A DNA stretch of 64,000 bases from Octopus vulgaris. Its lineage: Eukaryota. A program made the translations under genes and the position numbers. Within the stretch, counting starts at the first letter, position 1, and each line of letters begins with the position of its first letter. Under the pieces are notes generated by a model. It worked only from the letters and a program-made list of their open reading frames with translations, made no database searches and was not told the origin of the DNA. The DNA is taken from NCBI GenBank assembly GCA_951406725.2, contig OX597836.1, forward strand, positions 19,282,001 through 19,346,000. Reading direction: 5' to 3'. Below, piece after piece: positions 44,301-57,039 of this stretch.

Positions 44301-44999
44301 TCATAACTTAATCGTTTTGTCCTTTGTCATCTCATTTTCTTATTACCACTCCGTACTTATCTAACACTTTGCTCAGGAGCATAAGTATATTCAGTTCTAC
44401 ACTGGGTTATTAGTCTCACAATGCCTAAGCAATATATATATATAAGTTCATAGTAGAAAATTGAAAGAATTATGCATCCGCATAATAGGACATTCAAAGA
44501 CATGTATTTGTACAAATGGACTATGAAACAATTGTATGTATATACATTAGAAAATTGAAAAAAATATATGATAGGGGTTATATACATAACTATTGTGTTT
44601 AAATATACAATAGGGCATTTAAACATGTATATTTATATATATAATACAACATCCAAGCATGTGTATATTTAAATATATACTAAGATATTCGAATATCTGT
44701 ATTTTAATTATACAATAGGACATCTATGTCTTTCTTTTAAATGTGAAATAGGACATCCAGGTATGTGTATTTTTAGAATATTAAATAGGATCTTTAAGTC
44801 TCAGTATATTTAGATATGAAATAGGACATTTGAGCATATGCTTATTTAGATATATGATTGGACATCCAAACGTCTGTACGTCTGATGTAAAATAAAACCT
44901 GAGCATCTGTATATTTTTTATCGAATAAAGCCTTGTTTCGTTATTTTTTAATGTTTTGTTTGTTTGTTCCAAACCTTCAACTTATAAAGTAGAAGTTTT

Positions 45000-45745
45000 C
45001 ACAGGTTCAATTGTTTTGAGCTGATGATAAACAGTGATGCAGCACGAAGTTTTGTCAGTGAACAGGTCGCGGTCTGAAAGCGACGAAAATATTTTGACAA
45101 ATTAAATTTAAATGTTGAAGTGAATCTAACGGTTTTTGTGTGTTTCTTAAATGGCTCATAAACACCTTCTACGCTGCAATTGTTTTCGTTCCAGCACACG
45201 ATCTCAGATCAGGTCACTTGCTATGCAAATACATCTCCATAATACATATATATATATATAAACAATTGCAGCATGGAAGATATTTATAAGCCATTTAAGA
45301 AACACAAAAATCGGTCAGTGAACAGGTCGCAGTCTCAAAGCGATGAAAATATTTTGAGAAATTAAATTTAAATGTTAAAGTAAACCTAACGGTTTTTATG
45401 TGTTTCTTAAATGGCTTATAAACACCTTCTACGTTGCAATTGTTTTCGTTCCAGCACACGATCTCAGATCAGGTCACTTGCTATGCAAGTACATCTCCGT
45501 AATATATATATATATAAACAATTGCAGCATGGAAGATATTTATAAGCTATTTAAGAAACATAAAAACAGGTCGCGGTCTCAAAGCGATGAAAATATTTTG
45601 ACAAATCAAATTTAAATGTTGAAGTGAATCTAACGGTTTTTGTGTGATTCTTAAATGGCTTATAAACACCTTCCACGTTAAATTGTTTTTGTTCCAGCAC
45701 ACGATCTCAGATCAGGTCACTCGCTATGCAAGTATATCTTCGATA
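45000..45745. mobile_element. Tandem array of three approximately 250-bp units with inverted sub-segments, Penelope pseudo-LTR-like
   Basis: The unit AACAGGTCGC...CATCTC repeats three times. The first two copies are each followed by (TA)n and an inverted copy of an internal segment of about 50 bp. Confidence 0.5.
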
Positions 45746-46961
45746 AACAGTTAGTCCACTGGAACTGACACGCTGGTTTGCTGTAGACTTGTAACTCTGA
45801 CGTATTTTATTCTGGCCACTAGCGTTTTGAGTTCAAATCCCACCATGGTTGACTTTGCATTTTATCCTTTCAGGGGGTCAATATAATGTACCAGTCAAGA
45901 TCAATGAGCTGACAGAAATATTAGAATATCAGATGGGGACACATAAAAGCACTCATTACACTCTCGGAGTGGTTGGTGTTAGGAAGGGCATCCAGCCATA
46001 GAAACCATGACAAATCAGACCTGAGTCTGGTGTAGCTTGCCAACCCCGGTCAAACTATCCAAGCCATGCCAGCATGGACAACAGATACTAAATGATGATG
46101 ATGATGACGATGTCTTGTGATATTTGTACTGGCTCTTTGTTCTCTGAGTTCAAAATCCACCGTAGCCTGTTTGTGTGGTACCCTTTACCTACTCCTTTAC
46201 TCTTTTACTTGTTTCAGTCATCTGACTGCAGCCATGCTGTAGCACCACCTTTAATCGAGCAACTCGACCCCAGGACTTATTCTTTTGTAAGCAAAGTACT
46301 TATTCTATTGGTGTCTTTTGCCAAACCGCTAAGTAACGGGGACATAAACACACCAGCATCGGTTGTCAAGCAATGCTAGGGGGAGAAACACACACGCATA
46401 TATATATATATATACATATATATGATGGGCTTCTTTCAGTTTCCGTCTACCAAATCCACTCACAAGGCTTTGGTCGGCCCGAGGCTATAGTAGAAGACAC
46501 TTACCCAAGGTGCCACGCAGTGGGACTGAACCTGGAACCATGTGGTTGGTAAACAAGCTACTTACCACACAGCCACTCCTGCACCTAGTTTATTTTCAGA
46601 GTTATTGGTGGTGTATCTGGGGTTTTAACTCTTATTTCTAGCAGGTAGGTGTTGTCTGTGCCCTTTTCATAAATATAAATTTTAATTCTATAACTATCTA
46701 ACACTTTTTAATGCCTGCAACCACCTATATTATTATTATTATTTATATTTACTGCAGATGATGATAATAACAATAATAATATCTATATAAATATTTACAT
46801 TTGAATATTTACTCATTAATATGTTTACATTGAAGCTGTTCTGATTTTACTCAAAACAATTCAGAAAGCATAACAAGTTTGAATTTTTTTCAGTTGGTAA
46901 GTCTTTCTGATGAGAGTTGAGAAAACAACAGTATTTGGGCGAATAATATAATGCTATATGT

Positions 46962-47371
46962 TTTTTTAATTTTTATCTAGTTTCAGCTCACAAGCTGTGG
47001 CCATACTGGGGCACTGCCATTTGGTGTTGCTACATGGTTTTACTTCACGAATGCTTTTTAGCAACTGCCATTTGGTGCATGAGAGAGTTCAATGCAGCTG
47101 CCCTCATCTGCACCTCCTGCCGTGAAGTTGGTTCATCTGGGACACCTGACAAGAGATCCAGTTTTATTTTAAAGACATCTGCATCCACCCCATGCAGGTC
47201 TCTTAGGTTCTTCGGGAGGATATTGAAGAGCTGTGGGCCTCGGAAGCCCAGGCTATCACAGTATCTTGTCCTACATCTTGATGGCAAATTTGGAGTCCTT
47301 GGCACTATGCAGTGGCGCCCAGTTCTGGCATTTGTGTAACTCTCAATGCCAAAGTTTGGATAATCTGGCAT
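46962..47371 (-). mobile_element. CR1/Jockey-group LINE 3' end (GPQLFNILP...VPDEP type)
   Basis: Translated C-terminal motifs, plus a tail homologous to the SINE A tail. Confidence 0.75.
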
Positions 47372-47945
47372 TTGGATAATCTTGTATCATGATTTTGAAT
47401 GCTGGCGAAAAATCCTCAAAAGATACTAAATGATCTTTTGCCATTGGTCTGCATGACTTCAGCTCCCATGACTTCAGGAAACATTTTTTCACGCTGAGAG
47501 TTGCTGAAGCATGGAACAAACTGCCGGTATCAGTTGTTAGTTGTCGGAGCACTGCATCCTTCAAAACTTCCATGCTTCCTGAGATTCACCAACACTACCC
47601 TTGATTTTCTCCCCTCCATACACACACAAGCATGTATCTGACTCATACATTGTTCGCTTTCCAGACATTTGTACATTACTGCATGTACTTTATATGCACT
47701 TTCTGACAAGTTGTGGTGCACCTGAGCACTGTATACAATAATTTCATTATTATTATTATATTTGTGTTGGTGTCTGTTTGTTTACATTTAAGCCAAGCAA
47801 AGTCAAACAACTGCATGCAAAACAACAATGTAAAAAAAAATGAATAGAGGATTAAAAAAAAGAAACATTAATATTATTGTTATTAATATTATTATTATTT
47901 ATATTGTTTGTTGAAATCATTGTATAAATTACATTTATATATATA

Positions 47946-47988
<43 letters not shown>

Positions 47989-48346
47989 CTTTATGGCATG
48001 CACACATTTGTAAAATATATATTCACATTGTAAAAAAAGTTACAGGAAGAAAGAAAATATGAGCTTTATTTTATATTTTGTACAAGGACTGGCTATTTAC
48101 ATACAACATCACTTCTCTTCTCATTTCAACAATGAAATATTTAGCATAACTTCATACCCATGTATACATGTATGCATCTATCTATCAACACACGCGCACA
48201 CACACACACACGTGTGTGTGTGTGTGTGTCTGTCTATCAATATACATGTGAGAGTATGTATGTATAAATGCATGCATGCATCATCATCACCATTTTATGT
48301 TTTTCCAATATTATAGAGGATGTATGTGTATACATGTATGTATGTA

Positions 48347-48391
<45 letters not shown>

Positions 48392-49632
48392 CATCATCAT
48401 CATCATCGTTTAATGTCCATGGAAACGCATGTAGCTATGTATTAAATATTTATAAATTCCATCCTAGAATTATTATTATTATTACTATTATTATTATTAT
48501 TATTATTGTTGTTATTATTATTATTATTCTATGTTTGACTTTTGATTTACATTTGCACAAGCTGGCTCCAAATCTTACCCAGAGACCTCAAGAGACAACA
48601 AGTTGGAAGTTTGTGTTGGTGTTATGCCTAGGGTGCCATATATTTGGTTTTGTACTTAATGTTGTACTAGTGAATGTCTAAAAAAAAACATACGAAAATT
48701 ATGTTTGTTTTAAAACTTGAGATTACATAGAAAGCATTTTGCATAGGATATTATCATTATTATGGTTGAGTAAGTCTCTTGCCATTCAGAGTTTCGCCTG
48801 TGCATGCACAGGGTCTGCAAACATGTATGCGTGTTTATGTGTAGAATTTTGTCTTTTTTCTTATTATAAGGAAAAGGTTGCCAGGAGCTTCAAAGCTTTC
48901 AGAGCTGACACACAACAATTTTATAGTCATTCACTATCAAGTTGTTTTCCTTGAAAAAAATATGAGACTTAAATATATTGATTGATTCTTTAATTAAAGC
49001 ACAATAATATATAAAAACATGTGCTGGAAAGCATGACCTGTTACCATAAGGGTGTGTGCATGGTAGAAATTTGCATACAGTGTATATAAGGGCTTGCAAT
49101 TTTCTTCATGTATTTTTGCTTATAATACTGAGGAAGTGAGCCACCAGCTTATGTAATAACAGCAATCAGCTTCTTGAAATACGTGTACATTATATAAAGC
49201 ATAAGGTATCAGTTACATTTCCTGTATTCTTTATATATATATATACACACATTATCTGCTATGTGTGATATATATTATATGAGATTCTTCCATTGTTTTA
49301 TTTTATTCACATAGACATTTTGTTATCATACCTCAAACTAATTAATTTCAAATTTCTTAGTGGAAAATAACTTACTTTTTTCTTTTTAGGTAAGTTGACA
49401 CATGTATACTGAAGCATACATACATAAAAACACGTGTGTATGTATGTATATTTATATATAGATATATATATATAGGCATAGGCGTGGCTGTGTGGTAAGA
49501 AGCTTGCCTCCCAACCACATGGTTCTATGTTCAGTTTCACTGCATGGCATCTTGGGCAAGTGTCTTTTTACTATAGCCTCAGGCCGACCAAAGCCTTGTG
49601 AGTGGATCTGATAGATGGAAACTGGAAGAAGC

Positions 49633-49684
<52 letters not shown>

Positions 49685-51393
49685 TATATTTGTGTGTGAG
49701 TGTTTGTCCCCCCCACCATCGCTTGACAACTGAGGCTGGTGAGTTTATGTCCCCTTTAACTTAGCAATTTGGCAAAAGAGACCAATAGAATAAGTACTAG
49801 GCTTACAAAGATTAAGTCATAGGATCGATTTCTTTGAATAACACCCTTTAAGGCAGTGCTCCAGTTAAATGACTGAAACAAGTAAAAGAATAAAGGAATA
49901 AAAGAATATATAATGTGTTTGTGAAGAATGCTCACACACACACTCTATATATGTGTATATATGTCCAACTGTAAATGTGTTAACCTGTGGTCCTGTGATG
50001 GACTGGTATCTTGTTTAGGGGGAATTCTGTGATCTGGGTTCCTTATATGCCATAGGCCTGCCAGCCTAGCCACTGGAGTGGCCTCATTCAAAAACTACAA
50101 CAATGCAAAGAAACACGTTGGATGTTGTTATACACCACTGATCACAATGCCTGGTTGATACAGTGATATAGATACGCACAAAGCACCTTTGTCAATGGAA
50201 TCAAAACACCGGACAAAGAAGAATTTCAAGGTAGCTTTGATGGTACACACACCTGGCTTCTCATGAACAATCCCAAATAGAAAATCTATGGATGCATTTC
50301 TGCCCATCTCTACTATTGTTGCTGAATGCAGAGTAGGATGTCACCTGCTGCTGCCATGCTGAACAACAGACCATATCAGATGTTATATTTTGGAGGCTTT
50401 GGAACTCTAATAGAGGATGAAGACTTCTCAACTATACTGATGATCTCTCAACACACACCATGGAATTGAGGATCTACTGAAGCTGATGAACGACAGAGAT
50501 TCCAGGCATGGCACAACAGCTGCTTGAAGATGCGTGTGTGTGTGTGCTGGTTTTAGAATAGATACTCTGCATCTTAATTGCTAGAAAGGTTGGTGATAAG
50601 AAGAGCATCCAACTATATAACACTACCTCAGCAAATCCATCCGACCTCTACCGGCACGGAAAAGTAGACATAAAACAATGACGATGATGATGATGACATA
50701 CATATTTTACAAATATGTGATACATATATTATTTTTCTTTTTTTTTTTTTGCTTTTAGTTGTATGTATGTATGAATGTGTAGCATGTGTTGTATAACTGA
50801 ATATTTTCAAAATAGAGGCAGAGAGAAGTAAGGGAAAGAGGGGGGTGTATCAACAGGCTTTCATCAAAACCTTGAGATATATATATATATATATATATAA
50901 CTGTAATGCTGATTATTTTTTTTCTTTGTTATAGCTCCAATAAATTTAGACATTTCACAGAAACTGGATTTAATATGGGTAGGATCAGGGTACTTTATTC
51001 AAGAGGATGGTCTTTCTTTCTTTCTTTCTATAAATGTGCTGGCTATTTTTGTGTTGGTTTTTCTTTCATTCTTTTCGGTTACTGTTTAGAGGCAGCATCA
51101 CAGGGAAAGTCAGTTTGAGATGAAGTGAGGAAAATATTCAAGATGAACTGGGGGAGGGGGGTTTAGAGGGAAGAAAGAGGGAGCAATAGACTGAGGGAGT
51201 AGGCAGCCAGAGAGAGTGGGAGAAAAGGAGGGAGACAGATAGGAAAACACACAGGGTTATCTGATAATGAGTGGTGGGGGGTATAAGCTTGGGTGGGAGT
51301 GAGGGTGGACAAATTAATTGGGTTTCCTTAATGACTCAAGATGGACAGGGCTGTATAATGAAATCAATTATCTTTTGAAAATAATTCATATAT

Positions 51394-51427
<34 letters not shown>

Positions 51428-51723
51428 ATATTTCAAAAATATAAGGGAACAAACCTGTTGAAATATGTTCACTTCATGTTTTGTTTTCTTCTACTTTGTT
51501 TAGAAAAACTTGTTTTCCTCCCGTTGTCTCTTAAACTTTAAATGTTCTTGAACCTTCCCTCTCTTTCTCTCTGAATATCTCTCAGTTGCTTTTAGTTTCA
51601 GATATTTCAACAACAATAAAAAATATTTGCTGTCATCATGAAGGCATATATATATATATAGATATAGTAGGCTTGGCTATATAAATATATCATCCAGTAT
51701 ATATCATCATGGGCAGGTTGATG

Positions 51724-51768
<45 letters not shown>

Positions 51769-51770
<2 letters not shown>

Positions 51771-51921
51771 GGGTGTCTAGAAAGTCTTGCCCAGTTTTTA
51801 TTTCATTGTACATCGTTTCATCCATAATCATTATTCATCATTGTTCTATACAATAAAATTAACTGAATAACCTACAATAGATTTCAAAATAAGAATCGGG
51901 TGAAACTTTTTAGATACCCTG
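51769..51921. mobile_element. Tc1/mariner-type MITE
   Basis: TIR CAGGGTGTCTAGAAAGT / ACTTTTTAGATACCCTG followed by TA. Confidence 0.65.
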
Positions 51922-52329
51922 TATATAGCGAGCAGAACCTTAGTGGTGGTAAATACCCAAGCGAGGTGTATACCAAAGGCAACTCTTCAGGTCAAGAGTA
52001 TCTTGGACTAAATGAAGCTTACTTTGTTGTTAGTAAGTCCATGTTAACACATGTAGGAATTCAATCAGTGTGTTAACATGGGCCTCCTAATGACAAAGTA
52101 TACTACATTCAATCAAGATACCCTTGGCTTGGAGAGTAGCCTGCAGGATACACCTCGCTTGGATATTTACCACTTCCAAGGTTCCACTATATACACACAC
52201 ACACACATATTGTAGATCTGTCTATACAAAATATTGCCACCTTTCTATAAGATATAGAACCCAGTGTTATATATATATATATATATATTTAATAGGCCTA
52301 TCTATATATATATATATATATATATATAT

Positions 52330-52823
52330 TATCCAACTGTTTATATTATATAAATATATTAGAGGCCTATCTATATGAAAATATCATCCAGCTGTCTATA
52401 TAAATATATTGTATGCCTATCTATATAAATGTTATTCTTCAGTGCTCTATATAAATATATTGTAGAACTGTGTGTATATAAATATATTATCCAGCTCTCT
52501 ATATAAATATACTGTAGGCCTGTCCTTATGAAAATATTATCCAACTGTCTATATAAATATATTCCACATGTCTATATAAATATATGATAAACTTGACTAT
52601 AGAAATATGTCAGTTATGAGTATAGATATATAAATTGCCATATATATCTGTATAAATGCAACTATAGAAATATATTACTATCCAGTCCGCACTGTTTTAT
52701 ATATATATATCTGTTTATATATATATATATATATATATTTTATATATATATATATAAATATATATATATATCCCTTTATAAATTTATCACAGACCAATCT
52801 GTAGAAATATATATATATATATG

Positions 52824-52878
<55 letters not shown>

Positions 52879-52960
52879 GTACATACATATATATATATAT
52901 ATGTATATATATATATGTACGTACATACATACATATATATATATATACACATACACACTT
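52330..52960. repeat. Minisatellite with a unit of about 31 bp, grading into (TA)n microsatellite
   Basis: Repeated TCTATATAAATATATT motif followed by long TA tracts. Confidence 0.75.
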
Positions 52961-53450
52961 CTAACCTTTCTACAAGTATTTATTGCATATATGTCTGTAG
53001 AAATATATTATAGACATTTGCATATAAATATTTATTCCATGTGTCTTAAAAAGACTAAAAAAGTTTTTTTTTAAAAACTGCTTGGAACATTATTTTTACA
53101 GTTTGTTTTTTCTAATTGACAAAAGGTGGGGTTTTTTTTATGGGAGTTGGGTATTTTTTTTTTTAATATTATTTTATTATTATCATTATTATCTTTATTT
53201 TAATGCTGCAAATATTGCAGACATGGAGAGAGGAAAACTGAACTTTCAGAGAACTGGCAAGGAACATAGTTAGTTAAGACCAGAACATTTTCATTTTCAT
53301 TTTTTTTTTTTTCAGAGCGACATGATTTCTTGGTTCTGCATCAGTCAACAAAAAACCAAGTGGATGGAAAATTTTTCATTCAGAGTTTTGGTCATCAATG
53401 AAAAAAAAAAAATAATAAAACCCTAAAAAAAGGTCCAGGTTTCATAAACA

Positions 53451-53507
53451 TCATACTGAGGAACCAGTATCTTTGAGAAGACCCATCAATATTCCAGCTT
53501 CCTTGAT
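53451..53507 (-). CDS. Unknown gene terminal coding exon (IKEAGILMGLLKDTGSSV*)
   Basis: ttttcag acceptor in phase 0; TGA stop followed by AT-rich UTR-like sequence. Confidence 0.72.
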   Translation of the reverse strand: MKEAGILMGLLKDTGSSV

Positions 53508-56500
53508 CTGAAAATATAATAGGGAAAAAAATTAAAGACATTTTATTTATTTTGAATTATCTAAAAATTACCATATTTTCTGGTAAACAAATTGGATTTT
53601 TTAGACTAAAGTTTACATCCCACCAAAAAACCCCAAAAACATAGAGTGACTAATACACCAAGATGAATTTGGAGGGCCAAAAATTCCTTGTGAAACACAG
53701 CAAGATTTGGAAAGATGCTGACAAAGTTTGAACGTTTACACTACATCAAATATAAACATTCATACGTCATATAATATGTCATTTTGTGCACCAGAGAATA
53801 CAGCAAAACAAATGATAGTCAAATGCAACAAATATTTAGAACACCAGGAACAGTCAGTTTGATAAAGTAAGGCATCATATTTTATGGTGTTGGTCATGGT
53901 GATGGTGGTGGTTTATGGCTTTGTGAGAGAAGAAGGGAAGGTGGCACCCAGGACCTTTTTACAGGGTCATCGAGGCTGGTGTAAGGGAAAAAAGAAGAGG
54001 GAAGTTGTCCTCAGATTGTATATCTGGTTTTTTGAGTTTTTGTACCAGATTTGACTTTGCTAAAAGCACCCAAAGTCCATCCCCTCCTCACCGTGGTGGG
54101 GACACTGGTAACAGGTAGTGTCAGAGCTATGCCGTCGGGAACTTCAGTTCCTGGTAGGGCCACCCAAGGCGGATTGGTCTGACACCGAGTGGTATTAGGG
54201 CCACAACCCGGCAGACGGGGCTCTGCTGAAAATCCTCGGAGTGTCTGTTTCGGCAACCGGTGGCTCCTCGGTCGTTCTGTCCCTACGTCTGCAGACAATC
54301 TGCGGCAAACAGGATGTCTCTACATGCAGGATTGTTGGGGACCGCTTGTGAAATTCATATTCCCACAAAACTTCTTCCACCGCCATGCTTCGAAGGTGGT
54401 GGAAGAAGCTGACTCAACCCACCCAGGGTGAATGTCACCATAAGTACAAGTACCCAAGGGCTTGATGGTGGTGTTGTGAGGCAGTAGTGTTGAAATGAAT
54501 GGTGGATTAAGTCTACCACCTAAAGTTGTAGTGGTAGTAATGATGAAGGTGGTGAAACTAAGAAGCTTTAGAGAATGCAGTACTGTGTTATTAGAAATAA
54601 TGTTAGGTGTTGTGGTGAGCAGAACCATGTCTTAGCCACTACTTGCTCCAAGGCCCACTCTGATCTGGAGTAGTATCACCTGTTAGGGAGTCTCAGGTAT
54701 GAGTTAATTAGCATGTTATGGAAGAAACTCTAAGCACAAACCCTCACTGCTTTGTTAGTGCCTTGGGAAAGGAAATGACAAGGGGAGAAAACCTCAACAA
54801 CAAATCGAAGAGTGGAGTGCCCCAGGCAATCTGTTGCCTTCTTCAATAGCCTTCTAGTAACTCAAGGTAGGCAGTGCTCTACAGCCTTGTAAAGCACAGG
54901 CAGGAAGAAAAGCCCTGCAGTGATGGAGAAGAGAAGTGAACAAGACAGGTAGTGGATGGTACGGGGCAGTCCTTGTCAAATTCTGCATGCAGGTGCTCTT
55001 CTTCTTCCTCTTCTTCCTGATCTTTGGACACAAACTACTACCGTCATCAGCATGGTGGCAAAAAGAGGGAGAGTTTAGTGTTGCATGGAGTGGAGTGAAG
55101 TGAGAGACTTAAGTGGAGTAAAGTCATATTTGAATAGAGTGATGCTTATGTGGAGTGAAGGTTCATAATTAAACAAAAAAAAAAATTTGAAGTGGATTTT
55201 TTTGTTTGCTTATTTGAGAGCTAAGTAAAGAAGAATTAAATTTTATATAAAAATTTTTAAAAAAACGAATAAAATACCTGTCGAACATCTTCCGAGCAAT
55301 CCTTTTTTGCTTGCTGGAGTAGATCCGATTGTCCGCGTAACATCCGTACGTTCCAGGCGAAATGTTCAATTGCCTAAAACACAACAAACAAGGATCCAGA
55401 AGTAAGAACAGAGAGAGAGAGAGAGAGAGATGGGTTGAAGGCTTTTAGCTATCTTGACTGACAAATGGATAGTTATTCTGAATTTAAAATCTACTTCTTT
55501 TCATTTTTCTCCAGACAATCAAGAAAACTCAGCTGAATCTTTAATCATTAATCTTTAATCACTAACACACAAAACTGTTTTGAGCAGATCTAGGTTTAAC
55601 CCTTTTAGCATTTGAACTGGCCATAACCAGTCAAAACGTGTTTTATGCTAAAACTGATCAGATCCAACCGATCATACCAACCTTACAATGTCGTTCTAAA
55701 AATAAACGACTACATCACTGATAAATTTAATTGAATGTGAATAAATAAGGATTACAAGTGACAGAGTAAACTGAATGCTAATGGGTTAAAGATTCCATCA
55801 GGATTTCATTTATCAAACCGAAAGCAAGACCGTTTGTCTTTTGAACAGATAATGTTTAACCCTTTAGTGTTTGCATTATTCTACCAAATTTAATGCTTTT
55901 TTCATCCACATTGTTTTGAACTAATCATGCATTATCTTGAAGCTATGAGATTTTGATGAGGTAGCTGTTAATTTTTAAAACGATATTGTAGGGTTGGTGT
56001 GAGAGACCAGATATGGCAAGTTTGAACATAAAACAGGCAGAATGCTTTTGGCCGGATATGGATGGTTTAAATGCTAAAGGGTTAAACAAGAGATGCTTGT
56101 AAAGAAGAAGGCAAAAAGGAAAAAACACAAGGGAGATAACCAACATTACAATAACGATGTCAAGCAGATGTAAACAAGATGTTAATGGTTTACTAAGTGT
56201 CTGGTGGTCTGCTTTTAAATTCTGACAAGATGTATCTTTTGAAATGTGGACGTGAAGGAAAAAAAAATCTTGTTCCTTTAATTTATGTGTCTGTTGGAGG
56301 TTCTCAAGTGAGGCCAACCAGCTTTATGAAGTAGAGGTTATTGTAGTAGTGATAGAAAGAAGCAAAGAGAATGGACACAACATATCTGTTGAGCCAAAGA
56401 CTGGTTGGTGTATGTGCGTGTGTGTGTGTGTGTTATAACAATATTAATACAAGACATACCTTGGTGATTTTCTTTCCTTTCAGTCCAGACTGTGAACATA

Positions 56501-56992
56501 AACTCTCCAACTCATCATGCCACTGCAGACCCATTGATTGGCAATTGTTCAGCTGTAAAACAATGAAAGAAAAGATAAATTCTTCTTCTTCTTTTACTTG
56601 TTTCAGTCATTTGACTATGGCCATGCTGGAGCACCACCTTTAGTCGAGCAAATCAACCCCGGGACTTATTCTTTGTAAGCCCAGTACTTATTCTATCGGT
56701 CTCTTTTCCCGAACTGATAAATGACGGGGACATAAACACACCAGCATCGGTTGTCAAGCGATGTTGGGGGGACAAACACAGACACACAAACACACACGCA
56801 TACATATATATATATATATACATATATACGACAGGCTTCTTTCAGTTTCCGTCTACCAAATCCACTCACAAGGCATTGGTCAGGCCCGGGGCTATAGCAG
56901 AAGACACTTGCCCAAGGTGCCACGCAGTGGGACTGAACCTGGAACCATGTGGTTGGTTAGCAAGCTACTTACCACACAGCCACTCCTGCGCC

Positions 56993-57039
<47 letters not shown>

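Noticed and set aside
52678-53074. Tyr/Ile-, Val/Cys- and His-rich ORFs here and elsewhere (for example 28211, 32130, 48268, 59102)
   Set aside because: These are translations of (TA)n, (TG)n, (CAT)n and similar microsatellites.
54011-54431. Overlapping 63-102 aa ORFs in a GC-rich patch
   Set aside because: No splice or homology support. Better explained as a structured retroelement UTR with few stop codons.
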